DNA of 64,000 nucleotides, from contig JBJPGE010000001.1 of assembly GCA_048595465.1 (NCBI GenBank), positions 4,445-68,444 on the forward strand, written 5' to 3'. The DNA is from Methylophagaceae bacterium. GTDB lineage: Bacteria; Pseudomonadota; Gammaproteobacteria; Nitrosococcales; Methylophagaceae. A program made the position numbers and the translations under genes. The notes below the pieces were generated by a model. That model saw nothing but the letters and a program-made list of their open reading frames with translations, was not told where the DNA came from and did not search any database. Positions 18,339-29,719 of this stretch are shown here, in pieces. Each line of letters starts with the position of its first letter. Position 1 is the stretch's first letter.

Positions 18339-19013
18339 ATGATGGACTACTTGAAACATAAAGCGATTGAAGAAGATTTAGCTGATTTTTTTCACCATTG
18401 CCACAGCAAGCAGTATCCAGCAAAATCAATTATCGTTCGACCAGGCGATGAGGCTGATACACTTTATTATATTCGCGAAGGTTCGGTTTCTATTAGCATG
18501 GAAAACGAAGATGGAGACGAGCTCATTATTGCTTATATGAATCAAGGTGACTTTTTAGGTGAAATAGGTCTGTTTTCAGATATAGCCGATCGTGCAGTAA
18601 CGATTAAAGCAAGATCAGCGTGTAAGACTGAAGAAATTACCTATCAGCAAATAAAATCCTTATCGAGTACTGATCTTGCAAAATGCTACCCTAAATTATT
18701 AGAGCTTTTGGCTGAGCATATGGCTAAACGTTTATTATCAGTGACACGTAAAGCAAGCGATCTTGCTTTTCTTGATGTTACAGGTCGTGTTGAGTCTGCA
18801 ATGCGAGAATTGGCTACACAGCCTGAAGCAATGACGCATCCTGAAGGCATTCAAATTAAAGCAACGCGTCAAGAAATTAGCCGAATGGTGGGTTGTTCTC
18901 GAGAAATGTCTGGCCGAGTTCTGCGTGTTTTACAAGATCGCGGCTTAGTTTGGGCACGTGGTAAAACAATGATTATTTATGATGAAGAACATCGTAAACC
19001 GAGTGTGATTTAA
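18339..19013 (+). CDS. crp: cAMP-activated global transcriptional regulator (CRP/Vfr family)
   Basis: cNMP-binding domain (LYYIREGSVSI, GDFLGEIGLF) and HTH RQEISRMVGCSREMSGRVLRVLQDRGLV, colinear with CRP. Confidence 0.85.
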   Translation: MMDYLKHKAIEEDLADFFHHCHSKQYPAKSIIVRPGDEADTLYYIREGSVSISMENEDGDELIIAYMNQGDFLGEIGLFSDIADRAVTIKARSACKTEEITYQQIKSLSSTDLAKCYPKLLELLAEHMAKRLLSVTRKASDLAFLDVTGRVESAMRELATQPEAMTHPEGIQIKATRQEISRMVGCSREMSGRVLRVLQDRGLVWARGKTMIIYDEEHRKPSVI

Positions 19014-19035
19014 CGTATAACTCAATGTCAAATGG

Positions 19036-19833
19036 TTAAGAAAAAATTTGACTTAGCTGTTCCCCTGGGCTTTTTGCTCGCATAAAGGCTTCACCAATTA
19101 GAAAACCATTCACATGGTGGTCACGCATTAATGCAACATGCTCGGTTGTGTGAATGCCGCTTTCTGTAATCACGGTATGATTTTCAGGAATGCGAGCGAG
19201 TAGGTCGAGGGTTGTATCAAGGCTGGTTTCAAATGTACTTAAGTTTCGATTATTGATGCCAATCAACGGTAAGTTAAGTAATAGTGCCCGCTCAAGTTCT
19301 TCACCATCATGTACTTCAACCAACACATCCATATCCAACTGCATGGCAACATCTGTAAGCTCACTAAGTTGATCATCACTTAGTGCGGAAACAATTAATA
19401 GAATGCAATCTGCCGCGATAGCCCGTGCTTCAAACACTTGATAGGGGTCAATGATGAAGTCTTTACGAATAACGGGTATTGAGCAAGCTGCACGTGCTTG
19501 TTTTAGGTATTCTTCATCACCTTGAAAGAAGTCTTTATCGGTCAGAACTGATAAACATGCTGCGCCATGTTGCGCATAATCTTTAGCGATATCAGCAGGG
19601 ATAAAGTTTTCTCGTAGAAGACCTTTGCTGGGAGATGCTTTTTTAATTTCAGCAATGACCGCCGGTAGCCCGGCATTAATTTTAGTTTCAATCGCGGTAA
19701 CAAAACCGCGAGGCGCATCAGCAATCTCAGCTAACTCAGTCATTTGGTGAATGGATATTCTTGCACTGCGTTCTGCTATTTCTTCAGATTTACGTTTGAG
19801 TATTTTCTTTAAGATATCAGGAGTATCAGACAT
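19036..19833 (-). CDS. trpC: indole-3-glycerol phosphate synthase
   Basis: [30 protein letters not shown] and GINNRNL motifs. Confidence 0.93.
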   Translation of the reverse strand: MSDTPDILKKILKRKSEEIAERSARISIHQMTELAEIADAPRGFVTAIETKINAGLPAVIAEIKKASPSKGLLRENFIPADIAKDYAQHGAACLSVLTDKDFFQGDEEYLKQARAACSIPVIRKDFIIDPYQVFEARAIAADCILLIVSALSDDQLSELTDVAMQLDMDVLVEVHDGEELERALLLNLPLIGINNRNLSTFETSLDTTLDLLARIPENHTVITESGIHTTEHVALMRDHHVNGFLIGEAFMRAKSPGEQLSQIFS

Positions 19834-19845
19834 GTTTATTTCTTT

Positions 19846-20874
19846 TTAAGTAGTTTGTTTTGAATTACTAGCAGCAATTAAGGCATCTAGTTTTTTCTGA
19901 GCATCACCATTGTCGAGATGTGTTTGGGCGAGTTTAACGCCATCTGATAATGTATCAGCAAGATCAGCAGCATAAATAGCTGCACCAGCATTGAGCACGA
20001 CAATATCGCGCGCTGCACCGGATTCACCTGCAAATACAGCTTTGATAATTTTTAAGCTTTCTTGAGCATTCTCAACACTAAATTGATCAATATTACTTCG
20101 TGTTAGATTAAAGTCTTCGGGCTGAATGGAATACGTTGTAATTTCACCATTTTTTAATTCTGCCACCGATGTTGCTGAACCTATGCTGATTTCATCTAAA
20201 CCGTCTTCGGCATGAACAATAAGTACGTGTTTGCTGCCAAGCGCCTTTAGTACATGTGCCATGGGTTCAACCCATTGTTGAGCAAATACGCCTAATACTT
20301 GCCGCTGCGCTCTTGCAGGGTTAGTTAATGGGCCTAATAGGTTGAATATTGTACGTACAGCCATTTCACGCCGTGGGCCAATAGCGTACTTCATTGCGCC
20401 ATGATGTTTTTGGGCAAACATAAAGCCAATGCCGATTGTTTCAATACAGCGTTGGACTTGTTCTGGCGTGATCTCTAAATTGACACCAGCAGCTTCCAAG
20501 ACATCTGCGCTACCTGAGTTGCTGCTAATGGAGCGATTACCGTGTTTAGCGACAGTAGCACCTGCAGCAGCAACGACAAATGCGCTGGCAGTAGAGACAT
20601 TAAATGTTTTTGCCTCGCCACTGCCGCCTGTTCCGCATGTATCAACAATGTGGCTACCTGAAATATTCACCGGGCTGGCAAGGCTGCGCATAACACTGGC
20701 AGCGGCAGCAATTTCTGTGACGGTTTCACCTTTCATTTGCAAACCAACCAAAAAACCGCCGATTTGGGCAGGCGTTGCTTCGCCGGTCATGATCTGTTGC
20801 ATAACTGCAGTCATATCGTCAGTAGATAAATCTTGCTTTGCAATAACAGCTTTAATAGCATTAGGTAAGTTCAT
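19846..20874 (-). CDS. trpD: anthranilate phosphoribosyltransferase
   Basis: [24 protein letters not shown] and KHGNRSISS motifs. Confidence 0.93.
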   Translation of the reverse strand: MNLPNAIKAVIAKQDLSTDDMTAVMQQIMTGEATPAQIGGFLVGLQMKGETVTEIAAAASVMRSLASPVNISGSHIVDTCGTGGSGEAKTFNVSTASAFVVAAAGATVAKHGNRSISSNSGSADVLEAAGVNLEITPEQVQRCIETIGIGFMFAQKHHGAMKYAIGPRREMAVRTIFNLLGPLTNPARAQRQVLGVFAQQWVEPMAHVLKALGSKHVLIVHAEDGLDEISIGSATSVAELKNGEITTYSIQPEDFNLTRSNIDQFSVENAQESLKIIKAVFAGESGAARDIVVLNAGAAIYAADLADTLSDGVKLAQTHLDNGDAQKKLDALIAASNSKQTT

Positions 20875-20925
20875 TATAAATCTCTGGGGAGCCTATGATT
20901 AAGTTTGGTTGAATTTAGGCTGAGA

Positions 20926-21008
20926 TGAAATGGTACCAAATTTCTTCGAAATGAGCTGTAATAGTTGTTCTCTTGCGGCGATTTTCGAAGAAATTTGGTA
21001 CCATTTCA
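20926..21008. repeat. perfect 26-bp inverted repeat with 31-nt spacer in the trpG-trpD spacer
   Basis: tgaaatggtaccaaatttcttcgaaa (20926-20951) is the exact reverse complement of 20983-21008. No U/T tract follows on either strand. Confidence 0.85.
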
Positions 21009-21045
21009 ACCTGCGTAAAACAATCATGACTTATTCAGAGGCTCG

Positions 21046-21624
21046 CTAGCGTTCAAGAAAGTTTTTTAATAAGGCGTGGCCTTGTTCGGTCAGTATGGAT
21101 TCTGGATGAAACTGCACACCTTCTATAGGCAATGTTTTATGACTAATGCCCATTATTTCATCCATACTGCCATCTTCATTTTGAGTCCAAGCAGTGATCT
21201 CAAAACAATCGGGCAGGCTTGCTTTTTCGATAACAAGTGAATGATAACGTGTTGCTTCAACTGGATTGCTTAACTCATTGAATACACTAGAATTATTGTG
21301 GTATATAGGTGACGTTTTACCATGCATTATTTTACTGGCATGCACTATCTTTCCACCGAAGGCTTGGCCGATAGATTGATGACCTAGACATACGCCTAAA
21401 ATGGGTTTCTTGCCTGCAAAATGTTTAATTACTTCAAGTGATATACCAGCTTCATTAGGTGTGCATGGACCAGGAGAAATAACAATTTTTTCAGGATTTA
21501 ACGCTTCAATTTCATCAATAGTAATTTTGTCATTTCGATGCACATGCACATCTGCCCCTAACTCACCGAAATATTGCACTAAGTTATAAGTAAAAGAATC
21601 GTAGTTGTCTAACATTAAGAGCAT
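21046..21624 (-). CDS. trpG: anthranilate synthase component II (glutamine amidotransferase)
   Basis: [20 protein letters not shown] and QFHPES are class-I GATase triad motifs. Located between trpE and trpD. Confidence 0.9.
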   Translation of the reverse strand: MLLMLDNYDSFTYNLVQYFGELGADVHVHRNDKITIDEIEALNPEKIVISPGPCTPNEAGISLEVIKHFAGKKPILGVCLGHQSIGQAFGGKIVHASKIMHGKTSPIYHNNSSVFNELSNPVEATRYHSLVIEKASLPDCFEITAWTQNEDGSMDEIMGISHKTLPIEGVQFHPESILTEQGHALLKNFLER

Positions 21625-21638
21625 TTCATATACCCAGA

Positions 21639-23138
21639 TTATTTATGTTGTGATTGAGTCGTGGTATCTAAACCCGATTCAGCCATGGCTACAGCCCGAA
21701 AAACAGCTCGTGCTTTATTCATTGTTTCTTGCCATTCCATTTCGGGCACCGAATCATAAACAATGCCTGCACCTGCTTGAATATGCAGGGTATCATCTTT
21801 GATTACAGCGGTACGAATAGCAATTGCCGTATCCATATTACCAGACCATGATAAATAACCAACTGCACCGGCATATACGCCGCGCTTAATAGGCTCTAGT
21901 TCATCAATGATTTCCATAGCGCGCACTTTAGCTGCACCACTTACTGTGCCTGCAGGGAATGTTGCTCGTAAAGCATCAATACAGGTCATATTAGGGACAA
22001 CTTTGCCCGTTACGTTAGATACAATGTGCATAACATGAGAATAACGTTCAACAATCATCTTCGCCGTCAGCTTGACGGTGCCGATTTGGCTAACGCGACC
22101 AGCATCATTACGACCTAAGTCAATTAGCATTAAGTGTTCAGCCAACTCTTTAGGATCCGCTAATAAATCTTCCTCTAAGGCTTTGTCTTCTTTTTCCGTT
22201 TTACCGCGCGGACGGGTGCCAGCAATAGGACGAACGGTGATTTCATCATCTTCCATACGTACTAGAATTTCAGGAGAGGATCCTACAATATGGAAATCTT
22301 CTAAATTCAGGTAATACATATACGGCGATGGATTGAGCGTGCGTAAGGCACGATATAGATCCATTGGCTGAGCTGAGAAAGGAATAGATAAACGTTGCGA
22401 CAATACCACTTGCATAATATCGCCATCAATAATGTATTGACGCGCTTTTTCTACGGCATCAATAAAACCGTCATGGGTAAAGCCAGAAACAAAATCATCT
22501 TCGCTTACCGTTTTGCCTGTACTAGATGAATTATATTTAGGTGTCGATGTGCGTAGATGAGTACATAATGTGTCTAAACTTTTCTGTGCCAAATTATAAG
22601 CGTTATCGATGCTAGGATCTGCGTGCACAATTAAGAATAAACGGTTGCTCAGGTTATCAAAGACAATAACATCGTTCGATACCATTAATAAGATATCAGG
22701 GCAGCCAAGCGGATCGGGGTTTGGACAATCACCTAGCCGTGGTTCAACATAACGCACCGTATCATAACCAAAATAGCCGACCAAACCGCCATTAAAACGC
22801 GGCAAGCCATCTAAATCAGGTACTCGGTATTGTTGTTTAAATGTTTCAATCCACGACAAAGGATCACTTGACGTGGTTTTTTCAATTACTTCACCAAGAT
22901 GTTTGACTTCAATATCCTGACCGGTAATGCGAACAACGGTTTCACTTGGTAAACCAATAATAGAATAACGACCCCATTTGTCACCGCCTTGAACAGATTC
23001 AAGTAAGTAAGAGTAAGGTGCATCGGCCAGTTTTAGATAGGTACTAAGCGGCGTGTCTAAATCGGCCAATATTTCACGAGCGACAGGTATACGGTTATAG
23101 CCTTGTTCGGCTAATTGGTCGAATTCAGATTGGTTCAT
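21639..23138 (-). CDS. trpE: anthranilate synthase component I
   Basis: [38 protein letters not shown] and [17 protein letters not shown] motifs. Confidence 0.93.
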   Translation of the reverse strand: MNQSEFDQLAEQGYNRIPVAREILADLDTPLSTYLKLADAPYSYLLESVQGGDKWGRYSIIGLPSETVVRITGQDIEVKHLGEVIEKTTSSDPLSWIETFKQQYRVPDLDGLPRFNGGLVGYFGYDTVRYVEPRLGDCPNPDPLGCPDILLMVSNDVIVFDNLSNRLFLIVHADPSIDNAYNLAQKSLDTLCTHLRTSTPKYNSSSTGKTVSEDDFVSGFTHDGFIDAVEKARQYIIDGDIMQVVLSQRLSIPFSAQPMDLYRALRTLNPSPYMYYLNLEDFHIVGSSPEILVRMEDDEITVRPIAGTRPRGKTEKEDKALEEDLLADPKELAEHLMLIDLGRNDAGRVSQIGTVKLTAKMIVERYSHVMHIVSNVTGKVVPNMTCIDALRATFPAGTVSGAAKVRAMEIIDELEPIKRGVYAGAVGYLSWSGNMDTAIAIRTAVIKDDTLHIQAGAGIVYDSVPEMEWQETMNKARAVFRAVAMAESGLDTTTQSQHK

Positions 23139-23818
23139 CAGATTTGTATAGAGGTCTTAAGTTCCGCAAAAGTATCAATGATGATATCAGGATTTGCGGT
23201 GGCAATATCAACACCATGATTATAGCCGTAGCTCATACAAATAATAGAAAAGCCAGCAGCACGTGATGCTTTAACATCACTTACAGAGTCACCAATCATC
23301 ATGGCATTTTCTGGTTTAACACCGAAGAACTTTGCGCCGTGTAATAAGGGGGCAGGATCGGGCTTTTTCAAAGGTAAAGTATCACCACTAATCACAATTT
23401 CAAAGAAATCAAATAGACCTAAGTCTTTTAGAATTTTTAAGGTAAACTGTTCATCTTTATTGGTCACGCAACCAACACGAATCCCTTGTTTTTTTAACCA
23501 CTGTAAGCCTTCTATTATAGAAGGGTACAGTTGACTGCGTTTACTGGCATTATCAGCATATAAAGCCATAAAAATAGGTGCCGCTTTGGCATATAAAGCA
23601 TCACTCGGCGTACCATCAAGTTGATCAACAAGCGCACGCTCGATAAGTCGAGGCACACCATTACCAACCCAATTACGCACTTTTTCTTCACCGCGAACGG
23701 GTAGTTCAAGTGCTTTCATCGTTTCATCAACACACCAAGCCAAATCAGGCACGCTATCGACTAGCGTGCCATCAAGATCTATCAACACCATTTCTGGTTT
23801 TTTTAAAACAACGGACAT
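23138..23818 (-). CDS. gph: phosphoglycolate phosphatase (HAD family)
   Basis: [15 protein letters not shown] and [10 protein letters not shown] are HAD motifs. Canonical rpe-gph-trpE position; its stop overlaps the trpE start. Confidence 0.85.
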   Translation of the reverse strand: MSVVLKKPEMVLIDLDGTLVDSVPDLAWCVDETMKALELPVRGEEKVRNWVGNGVPRLIERALVDQLDGTPSDALYAKAAPIFMALYADNASKRSQLYPSIIEGLQWLKKQGIRVGCVTNKDEQFTLKILKDLGLFDFFEIVISGDTLPLKKPDPAPLLHGAKFFGVKPENAMMIGDSVSDVKASRAAGFSIICMSYGYNHGVDIATANPDIIIDTFAELKTSIQI

Positions 23819-23822
23819 GTAA

Positions 23823-24515
23823 TTAAACGTTCGCTTTTGCTAGTTCAGAGCGGAATTCAGCCATTACGGTGTCATAAATATTTGCATCATTGGCATTCTT
23901 TGCACCAAATAAAGCAGAACCAGCAACAAAAGTACGTGCACCAGCTTCAGCGATTTCACGAATATTGCTAGGTTTAACACCGCCATCAATTTCAAGATCA
24001 ATGTCAAAACCACTTGCATCAATCAATTTACGCGCTTCTTGTAGCTTATCTAAAGTATGAGGGATGAAAGACTGACCACCAAAACCAGGGTTAACAGACA
24101 TCAGTAAGATACGGTCAACTTTATCTAACACATGTTCAGCTAAAGACAATGGTGTAGCAGGGTTAAATACTAAACCAGCCTTACAGCCTTCGTTTTTGAT
24201 TAACTGCAAACTGCGGTCAATATGCTCAGATGCTTCAGGGTGGAAAGTAATAAATGTTGCGCCAGCAGCGGCAAAATCAGGAATAATACGGTCAACAGGT
24301 TTGACCATCAAATGCACATCAATTTCATGCGTTACACCATGTTTACGTAATGCATCACATACCAATGGACCTATGGTCAAGTTTGGTACATAGTGGTTAT
24401 CCATTACATCAAAGTGAACAACGTCTGCGCCAGATGCCAAAGCATTATCAACTTCTTCGCCTAAGCGAGCAAAGTCTGCAGAGAGAATAGATGGAGCAAT
24501 TTGAAACTTAGCCAT
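23823..24515 (-). CDS. rpe: ribulose-phosphate 3-epimerase
   Basis: [41 protein letters not shown] and EIDGG motifs. ATG 24515 is preferred over the ORF-track start at 24551. Confidence 0.93.
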   Translation of the reverse strand: MAKFQIAPSILSADFARLGEEVDNALASGADVVHFDVMDNHYVPNLTIGPLVCDALRKHGVTHEIDVHLMVKPVDRIIPDFAAAGATFITFHPEASEHIDRSLQLIKNEGCKAGLVFNPATPLSLAEHVLDKVDRILLMSVNPGFGGQSFIPHTLDKLQEARKLIDASGFDIDLEIDGGVKPSNIREIAEAGARTFVAGSALFGAKNANDANIYDTVMAEFRSELAKANV

Positions 24516-24663
24516 TGTAAAACCCTTAAAATTATTGGTGAATAAGACCATATATACTACCGCATATCACAGTTTTTTTCAGCTTTTAGGATGAAACTAT
24601 TTTGATGTAAGGACTAATATTGATAAGATAAGTGCTTATTATTTTTAGAAGTTATCCCTCATT

Positions 24664-25569
24664 GTGAAAAGCATTAAAATTTTTGTTTTTGGATTGCTAA
24701 CGTTGTTTATTATGTCTTTGAATGTTTATGCCGCAGATGAAAGCTCAACGGCCGAACCTGGAATGGCAGAGACACAAATTGAAAAGCAGGATGAAAACAG
24801 TGGCATAGTTAGTCAGAGTAGTCCTATTGAAGGTTATCACCCTTTAACCGTAGCAGGGCAGGAAATTGAGGCTACTTATATAGAAGAGAGTTTAGGCGAG
24901 CGTCATGGGGCGATTATATTTTTACATGACAGGGCTGAGGAATTGGAAGATCAAGGAGTTGTAACCCCTCTCAGACATAAAATGCCTCAATACGGCTGGT
25001 CAACATTGACCGTTGCTTTAGATTATCCTTTTGAGCCTGCTATTTTATTATCAACTACAGTAGAAAATGTATCAGAAGCAGGGTCAGCAGAACCCGCTGC
25101 AGAAGAAAAAGAAGGTGATGATGATAAACAAGAAAAAGCACCTTTACCGCCTGTTTCCAATATACAACGATTGGATGCTGCCATTGCTTTTTTGCAGACA
25201 AAAGAGATTGATCGCATTATTTATGTGGGCCATGGTGCAGGTGGAGATTTGGCCGTAGAGCTATTAGATACAGAAACAACACCCATACAAGCATTAATTT
25301 TAGTAGGAACGCCGACATTAAAAATGAATGAAGTATTTAAAACATTTAAACACCCTGTTTTGGATTTATACGGTGATAATGATTTAGAGGGTGTTGCTGA
25401 AGCTGTACGACAAAGAAAAGTAATTATGAAACGAACAGGTAATAGTCAGTATGTTGCGCGTGAAGTTGCTGGTGCTGATCATTTGTTCACAGGCTTGCAA
25501 TCTACATTGGTTAACAGCTTACGCGGTTGGTTAAAAGTGACATTTATTGATGAAAAAAAGAACAATTAA
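24664..25569 (+). CDS. secreted alpha/beta-hydrolase-fold protein (DUF3530-like)
   Basis: Signal peptide (...NVYA/AD), an acidic low-complexity insert, and VGHGAGG in a nucleophile-elbow-like context. GTG start. Confidence 0.5.
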   Translation: MKSIKIFVFGLLTLFIMSLNVYAADESSTAEPGMAETQIEKQDENSGIVSQSSPIEGYHPLTVAGQEIEATYIEESLGERHGAIIFLHDRAEELEDQGVVTPLRHKMPQYGWSTLTVALDYPFEPAILLSTTVENVSEAGSAEPAAEEKEGDDDKQEKAPLPPVSNIQRLDAAIAFLQTKEIDRIIYVGHGAGGDLAVELLDTETTPIQALILVGTPTLKMNEVFKTFKHPVLDLYGDNDLEGVAEAVRQRKVIMKRTGNSQYVAREVAGADHLFTGLQSTLVNSLRGWLKVTFIDEKKNN

Positions 25570-26378
25570 TGCGACTTTATTATGGTGGAACAGTCGTACA
25601 TCAGACTCAATCTGATGAAGGTATAATTGAGGTCGTTGATTTGGGTGATACACGTTCCATGCATTTTGGAACATTGCCTAGGCAAAGTAGCATGTCTTTA
25701 AGTACTCCCCACACTTTAGAATTAACCTATACCCAAGCCATGATGGCGTGTTTGATTATTAACCCTGAACCAAAAAAGATTCTAGTGGTGGGTTTGGGTG
25801 GCGGATCATTAGTTAAGTTTTTGCTATATCATTTTCCTGAATGTCAGATTGATGTTATCGAATATCGACAAGATGTAATTGATGCGGCTCAAAGCTATTT
25901 TAATATCCCAAAAAATGATCCTCGTCTAACCATCCACCATGGCGATGGCTATTTATTTGCTCAACAACGTTATTTTCAAGATGATGCGCAGTATGATTTA
26001 TTGCTTGTCGATGCTTATGACCATGTTGGTATGGCGGCAAGTGTCGGTGTTCAGGCCTTTTTTGATGCATGTGCAGGATTATTGTCCCCACAAGGAGTGA
26101 TGAGCATTAATTTATGGGGCAGTGATCGTCATTTATTCAATCAATCAATGACAAGAATCAACCAAAGTTTTGATGGTAGAACAATGATTCTGCCTGTAGA
26201 AAACAAGGGCAATGTGATTGGACTCGCTATGAAGCAAATGGTGACGCAGGCATACCTTAAAAAGATTAAAGTCACAGTTGAGCAGCAAGAGGTTCAATTT
26301 AATATAAATCTTCCTCGATCACTCCAAGAACTAACTCGCCAGAACCGCTCATTTATTAGTCGATTATTTTCAGTATGA
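25569..26378 (+). CDS. spermidine synthase-like SAM-dependent methyltransferase-fold protein
   Basis: ILVVGLGGGSL, DVIEYRQDVID, HHGDGY and LLLVDAYD fit the PABS/class I MTase pattern. ATG overlaps the upstream stop. Confidence 0.65.
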   Translation: MRLYYGGTVVHQTQSDEGIIEVVDLGDTRSMHFGTLPRQSSMSLSTPHTLELTYTQAMMACLIINPEPKKILVVGLGGGSLVKFLLYHFPECQIDVIEYRQDVIDAAQSYFNIPKNDPRLTIHHGDGYLFAQQRYFQDDAQYDLLLVDAYDHVGMAASVGVQAFFDACAGLLSPQGVMSINLWGSDRHLFNQSMTRINQSFDGRTMILPVENKGNVIGLAMKQMVTQAYLKKIKVTVEQQEVQFNINLPRSLQELTRQNRSFISRLFSV

Positions 26379-26460
26379 AATAATTAGACTTAATCAGGTC
26401 GTTCTTAAGTAAAAAGTCAGTGTAAAATAGTCGGTTATTCTACGAACCAATGGAGAATCC

Positions 26461-27546
26461 ATGTTAAGCGTGTCTCAAATTAAGCAGATCATTCAAGATT
26501 ATAATGACGCTGCTGCCCAAATGACCTTGGGCGAAAGTAAAGCAAAAATCAATGCTAATTTTGAAGGTGAAGCCTTAACCGTTACTGTGACATTAGGCTA
26601 TCCTGCAAAAGGGTTTGTTGAGACGCTGCAGACAGAACTTACAGCTTTATTAGAGACAGAAATGGCAGCAACGGATATAACCGTCATTGTTGATTGGAAA
26701 ATCATTAAGCATAAAGTACAGCCGGGCATTCAAGGCATCAAAAATGTTAAAAATATCATTGCTGTTGCTTCTGGAAAAGGTGGTGTGGGTAAATCAACCA
26801 CATCCGTCAATTTGGCTTTAGCATTGTCCGCATCAGGTGCGAATGTAGGTATTCTAGATGCAGATATTTATGGCCCAAGTCAGCCACAGATGCTGGGTAC
26901 AAGTGAACGACCTGAATCTCCGGATGGTAAGACAATTGAGCCCATCAAAAAACATGGTTTACAAAGCATGTCGATTGGCTTTTTAATTGATGCTGAGCAG
27001 CCAATGATTTGGCGAGGCCCAATGTTGACACAAGCTTTAGACCAAATGTTGAATGATACAAATTGGTCGGATATAGACTATTTAGTTATTGATCTCCCGC
27101 CGGGTACAGGTGATATTCAATTAAGCCTGTCGCAGAAAGTACCCGTGAGTGGTGCAGTTATTGTGACAACACCGCAAGATATTTCGTTACTTGATGCGCG
27201 CAAAGCCTTAAAAATGTTTGAAAAGGTAAATGTACCCGTATTCGGTATAATTGAAAATATGAGCACACATGTGTGCAGTCAGTGTGGCCATGAAGAGCAT
27301 ATCTTTGGTGCCGGTGGTGGTGATAAAATGGCTAAAGAATATGATCTTGATTTGTTGGGCAGTTTGCCGCTAGATATTAAAATACGCGAAGATGCCGATC
27401 AAGGTAAGCCAACAGTTATTGCTGCTCCTGAAAGCGCAATTAGCTTTGCCTATCGCACTATTGCACAAGCTGTGGCGGCTAGATTGGCACAGCAAGCAAA
27501 AGCGTTTTCTACGGCGTTTCCAAATATCGTTGTGAAAAATGACTAG
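26461..27546 (+). CDS. apbC: iron-sulfur cluster carrier protein ApbC/Mrp
   Basis: VASGKGGVGKSTTSVNLA deviant Walker A, CSQCGHEEHIFG (CxxC), and DLPPGTGD. Confidence 0.9.
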   Translation: MLSVSQIKQIIQDYNDAAAQMTLGESKAKINANFEGEALTVTVTLGYPAKGFVETLQTELTALLETEMAATDITVIVDWKIIKHKVQPGIQGIKNVKNIIAVASGKGGVGKSTTSVNLALALSASGANVGILDADIYGPSQPQMLGTSERPESPDGKTIEPIKKHGLQSMSIGFLIDAEQPMIWRGPMLTQALDQMLNDTNWSDIDYLVIDLPPGTGDIQLSLSQKVPVSGAVIVTTPQDISLLDARKALKMFEKVNVPVFGIIENMSTHVCSQCGHEEHIFGAGGGDKMAKEYDLDLLGSLPLDIKIREDADQGKPTVIAAPESAISFAYRTIAQAVAARLAQQAKAFSTAFPNIVVKND

Positions 27547-27612
27547 TTAGCTATTTGCTGACAATCATAATCACGTTATTATTGAGTTTGAATTTAGAAA
27601 AAGCGACTAAAA

Positions 27613-28179
27613 ATGAGTATAAAATCAGATAAATGGATCCGTCGCATGGCGGAAGAGCACGATATGATTTCACCTTTTGAACCGGGTCAAGTGCGTGAAG
27701 GTGAAAATGGACGAATGATCTCATACGGCACATCGAGTTATGGCTATGATGTGCGTTGTTCAAGTGAATTTAAAGTGTTCACCAATATTAACTCTGCGAT
27801 AGTGGATCCTAAAAACTTTGATGAAGGCAGTTTTGTTGATGTTAATTCTGATGTTTGTATTATCCCTCCAAACTCATTTGCTTTAGCACGAACCGTTGAG
27901 AAGTTTAAAATACCTCGTAACGTATTGACGATTTGCCTTGGTAAATCAACCTACGCTCGCTGCGGTATTATCGTTAATGTCACACCTTTAGAGCCAGAGT
28001 GGGAAGGTTATGTGACCTTAGAGTTTTCAAATACAACAACATTACCTGCAAAAATTTATGCCAATGAAGGTATCGCTCAAATGCTGTTTTTTGAATCAGA
28101 TGAAGTCTGTGAAACATCATATGCTGATCGTGGTGGTAAGTATCAAGGTCAAGAAGGTGTAACGTTACCTAAGTCATAG
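27613..28179 (+). CDS. dcd: dCTP deaminase
   Basis: [26 protein letters not shown] and [12 protein letters not shown] are typical Dcd motifs. 188 aa. Confidence 0.92.
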   Translation: MSIKSDKWIRRMAEEHDMISPFEPGQVREGENGRMISYGTSSYGYDVRCSSEFKVFTNINSAIVDPKNFDEGSFVDVNSDVCIIPPNSFALARTVEKFKIPRNVLTICLGKSTYARCGIIVNVTPLEPEWEGYVTLEFSNTTTLPAKIYANEGIAQMLFFESDEVCETSYADRGGKYQGQEGVTLPKS

Positions 28180-28186
28180 CGCTAAA

Positions 28187-28597
28187 ATGGGTTATATTTT
28201 GCTTTTAGGCGTTGCATTGCTATTTTTTGTATTATGGCTATATAGTGAATGGAATGTGAAAAGAAAGATTAACGATGCCTTTATTGGTAGAGAAAGTCTT
28301 TCGAATGAAACGTTCTATACAATCTACTTTAAAGAAACCGGTATTTCTAAACAGGTGGTTAATGGCGTAAAACAAGTTTTAGAAGAACAGTTAGCGGCCG
28401 ATTTATCAAGGTTGTCAGCAGAGGATGATTTTTCAAAAAATTTAAATTTTTTCTGGGAACTAGATTCTCTGGCAGATGTTGAAATTATTATTGCTTTAGA
28501 AGAGAAATTTAATATTAAGATAGAAGACTTTGAAGCAGAGCAGACTTTTACCGTCCGAGATATAGTAAATTTAGTTTCGGACAAACTAGGAAACTGA
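28187..28597 (+). CDS. membrane-anchored acyl-carrier-protein-like protein
   Basis: N-terminal TM helix (GYILLLGVALLFFVLWLY) followed by KRK. The C-terminal ~75 aa are colinear with ACP, including the DSL phosphopantetheine-site motif: ELDSLADVEIIIALEEKFNIKIEDFEAEQTFTVRDIV. Confidence 0.55.
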   Translation: MGYILLLGVALLFFVLWLYSEWNVKRKINDAFIGRESLSNETFYTIYFKETGISKQVVNGVKQVLEEQLAADLSRLSAEDDFSKNLNFFWELDSLADVEIIIALEEKFNIKIEDFEAEQTFTVRDIVNLVSDKLGN

Positions 28598-28614
28598 GTG
28601 TAACCATCTAGCTA

Positions 28615-29709
28615 ATGAAAAAACTTTATTATTTTCTCCAATTAAGCATACTAACTTTATTGTTGGTAGCCTGTAGTAATGAACGTGAGTCAGATGAGCA
28701 ATGGCCTCACAGTGACTTAAGCAGTTATGCAGCTGCGTTTTCCCCTGATGGAAAATATGTGTTGGTGGGTGACACCGATGCGCCAGCCAGATTATGGGAT
28801 ATTGAGGGAAACAAAGTTGTTTACACGTGGCAAAACAATGAAGAAATTGGCACAACGACTGTAGTTGGCTTTTCTGCTGACAGCAAAGTGGCTGCAACGG
28901 TTGAGCAGGGCGGGGCTATATCGGATGTAAAAGCATCTTTTAGGAACGAAGTCGATATTGTAGAACAGGATGTGATTGTACTGTGGGAGGTGGCGACAGG
29001 CGAGCCAATGCTTCGTTTGACCTTCCCTGTTAGAATCAAGGCTATTGCTTTGTCTCAGCATGGTGATTATTTACTGCTGGCTTTGTATGATCGCACCGTG
29101 GTTTATTTTGATGTAATCGAAAACCGGGTTTTACAGATCTTAGAGCATGATGGGAAAGCGGTTAACTCCCCAATTAATCAATTAATTAATGCGGTAGCTA
29201 TTTCACCGAGTGGTAAATATGCTTTAACGGGTGGCGATGACCAAACAGCACGATTATGGCGATTAGAAACAGGTGAGCAGTTACGTAGCTGGAAGCATGA
29301 AAACAAAGTCAATATAGTGGCATTCTATCCTAAAGGTGGCTATATTCTGACTGGTGCAGGTAATGGCCAGACTCACTTTTGGAATATGAAAACAGGTGAA
29401 GAGAAATATATTTTGCGTGACGCTCTTTGGCCTAAAGACATGGCGCTTCCCAATTTTCCATCGTTCAAAAGTACAACTTCAGCATTTGATTTTTCACCGG
29501 ATAATAAAACATTGGTAACAGGCCACCCCTCACAAAAAATCTGTTTATGGAAAGTAGCAACAGGTGACAAGATTGATTGCTGGCAAGTGGCAAGAAAAAA
29601 AGCATTGCGACCAGGCGTTGTTTTGCAAGCAGTAGCCTTTTCTCAAGATGGAAAATCTGTTTATAGTGAATCAGGTAATGGCATTGGTCAGAAGTGGAAA
29701 ATAAAATAA
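28615..29709 (+). CDS. WD40 / beta-propeller repeat lipoprotein
   Basis: Lipobox LLLVAC/S. About seven repeats of the FSPDGKY..G..D.TARLW type are visible, e.g. ISPSGKYALTGGDDQTARLWRLETGEQ. Confidence 0.7.
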   Translation: MKKLYYFLQLSILTLLLVACSNERESDEQWPHSDLSSYAAAFSPDGKYVLVGDTDAPARLWDIEGNKVVYTWQNNEEIGTTTVVGFSADSKVAATVEQGGAISDVKASFRNEVDIVEQDVIVLWEVATGEPMLRLTFPVRIKAIALSQHGDYLLLALYDRTVVYFDVIENRVLQILEHDGKAVNSPINQLINAVAISPSGKYALTGGDDQTARLWRLETGEQLRSWKHENKVNIVAFYPKGGYILTGAGNGQTHFWNMKTGEEKYILRDALWPKDMALPNFPSFKSTTSAFDFSPDNKTLVTGHPSQKICLWKVATGDKIDCWQVARKKALRPGVVLQAVAFSQDGKSVYSESGNGIGQKWKIK

Positions 29710-29719
29710 AGGCATCTAC

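Noticed and set aside
20948-20962. 15-nt identity gaaatgagctgtaat, shared between the loop edge of the trp inverted repeat and the gyrA upstream region (48680-48694)
   Set aside because: The identity does not extend on either side. Roughly one to a few 15-mer coincidences are expected by chance in 64 kb of AT-rich sequence, so I do not treat it as a motif.
23139-23200. Search for a trp leader peptide or attenuator upstream of trpE, and for a Phe-rich leader upstream of pheA (51328-51504)
   Set aside because: The trpE start overlaps the gph stop, leaving no leader space. The only mini-ORF before pheA (MANIPMTIQNAIF) has a single Phe and no terminator/antiterminator structure.
28586-28897. 103-aa Cys/His/Gln-rich antisense ORF, and similar antisense ORFs (4970-5401, 20429-20902, 31035-31331, 31535-31921, 44324-44662, 51063-51533, 55639-55959)
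   Set aside because: Each lies entirely or mostly opposite a strongly supported CDS. They have low-complexity or odd composition and no RBS or family signature, as expected for spurious ORFs in AT-rich DNA.
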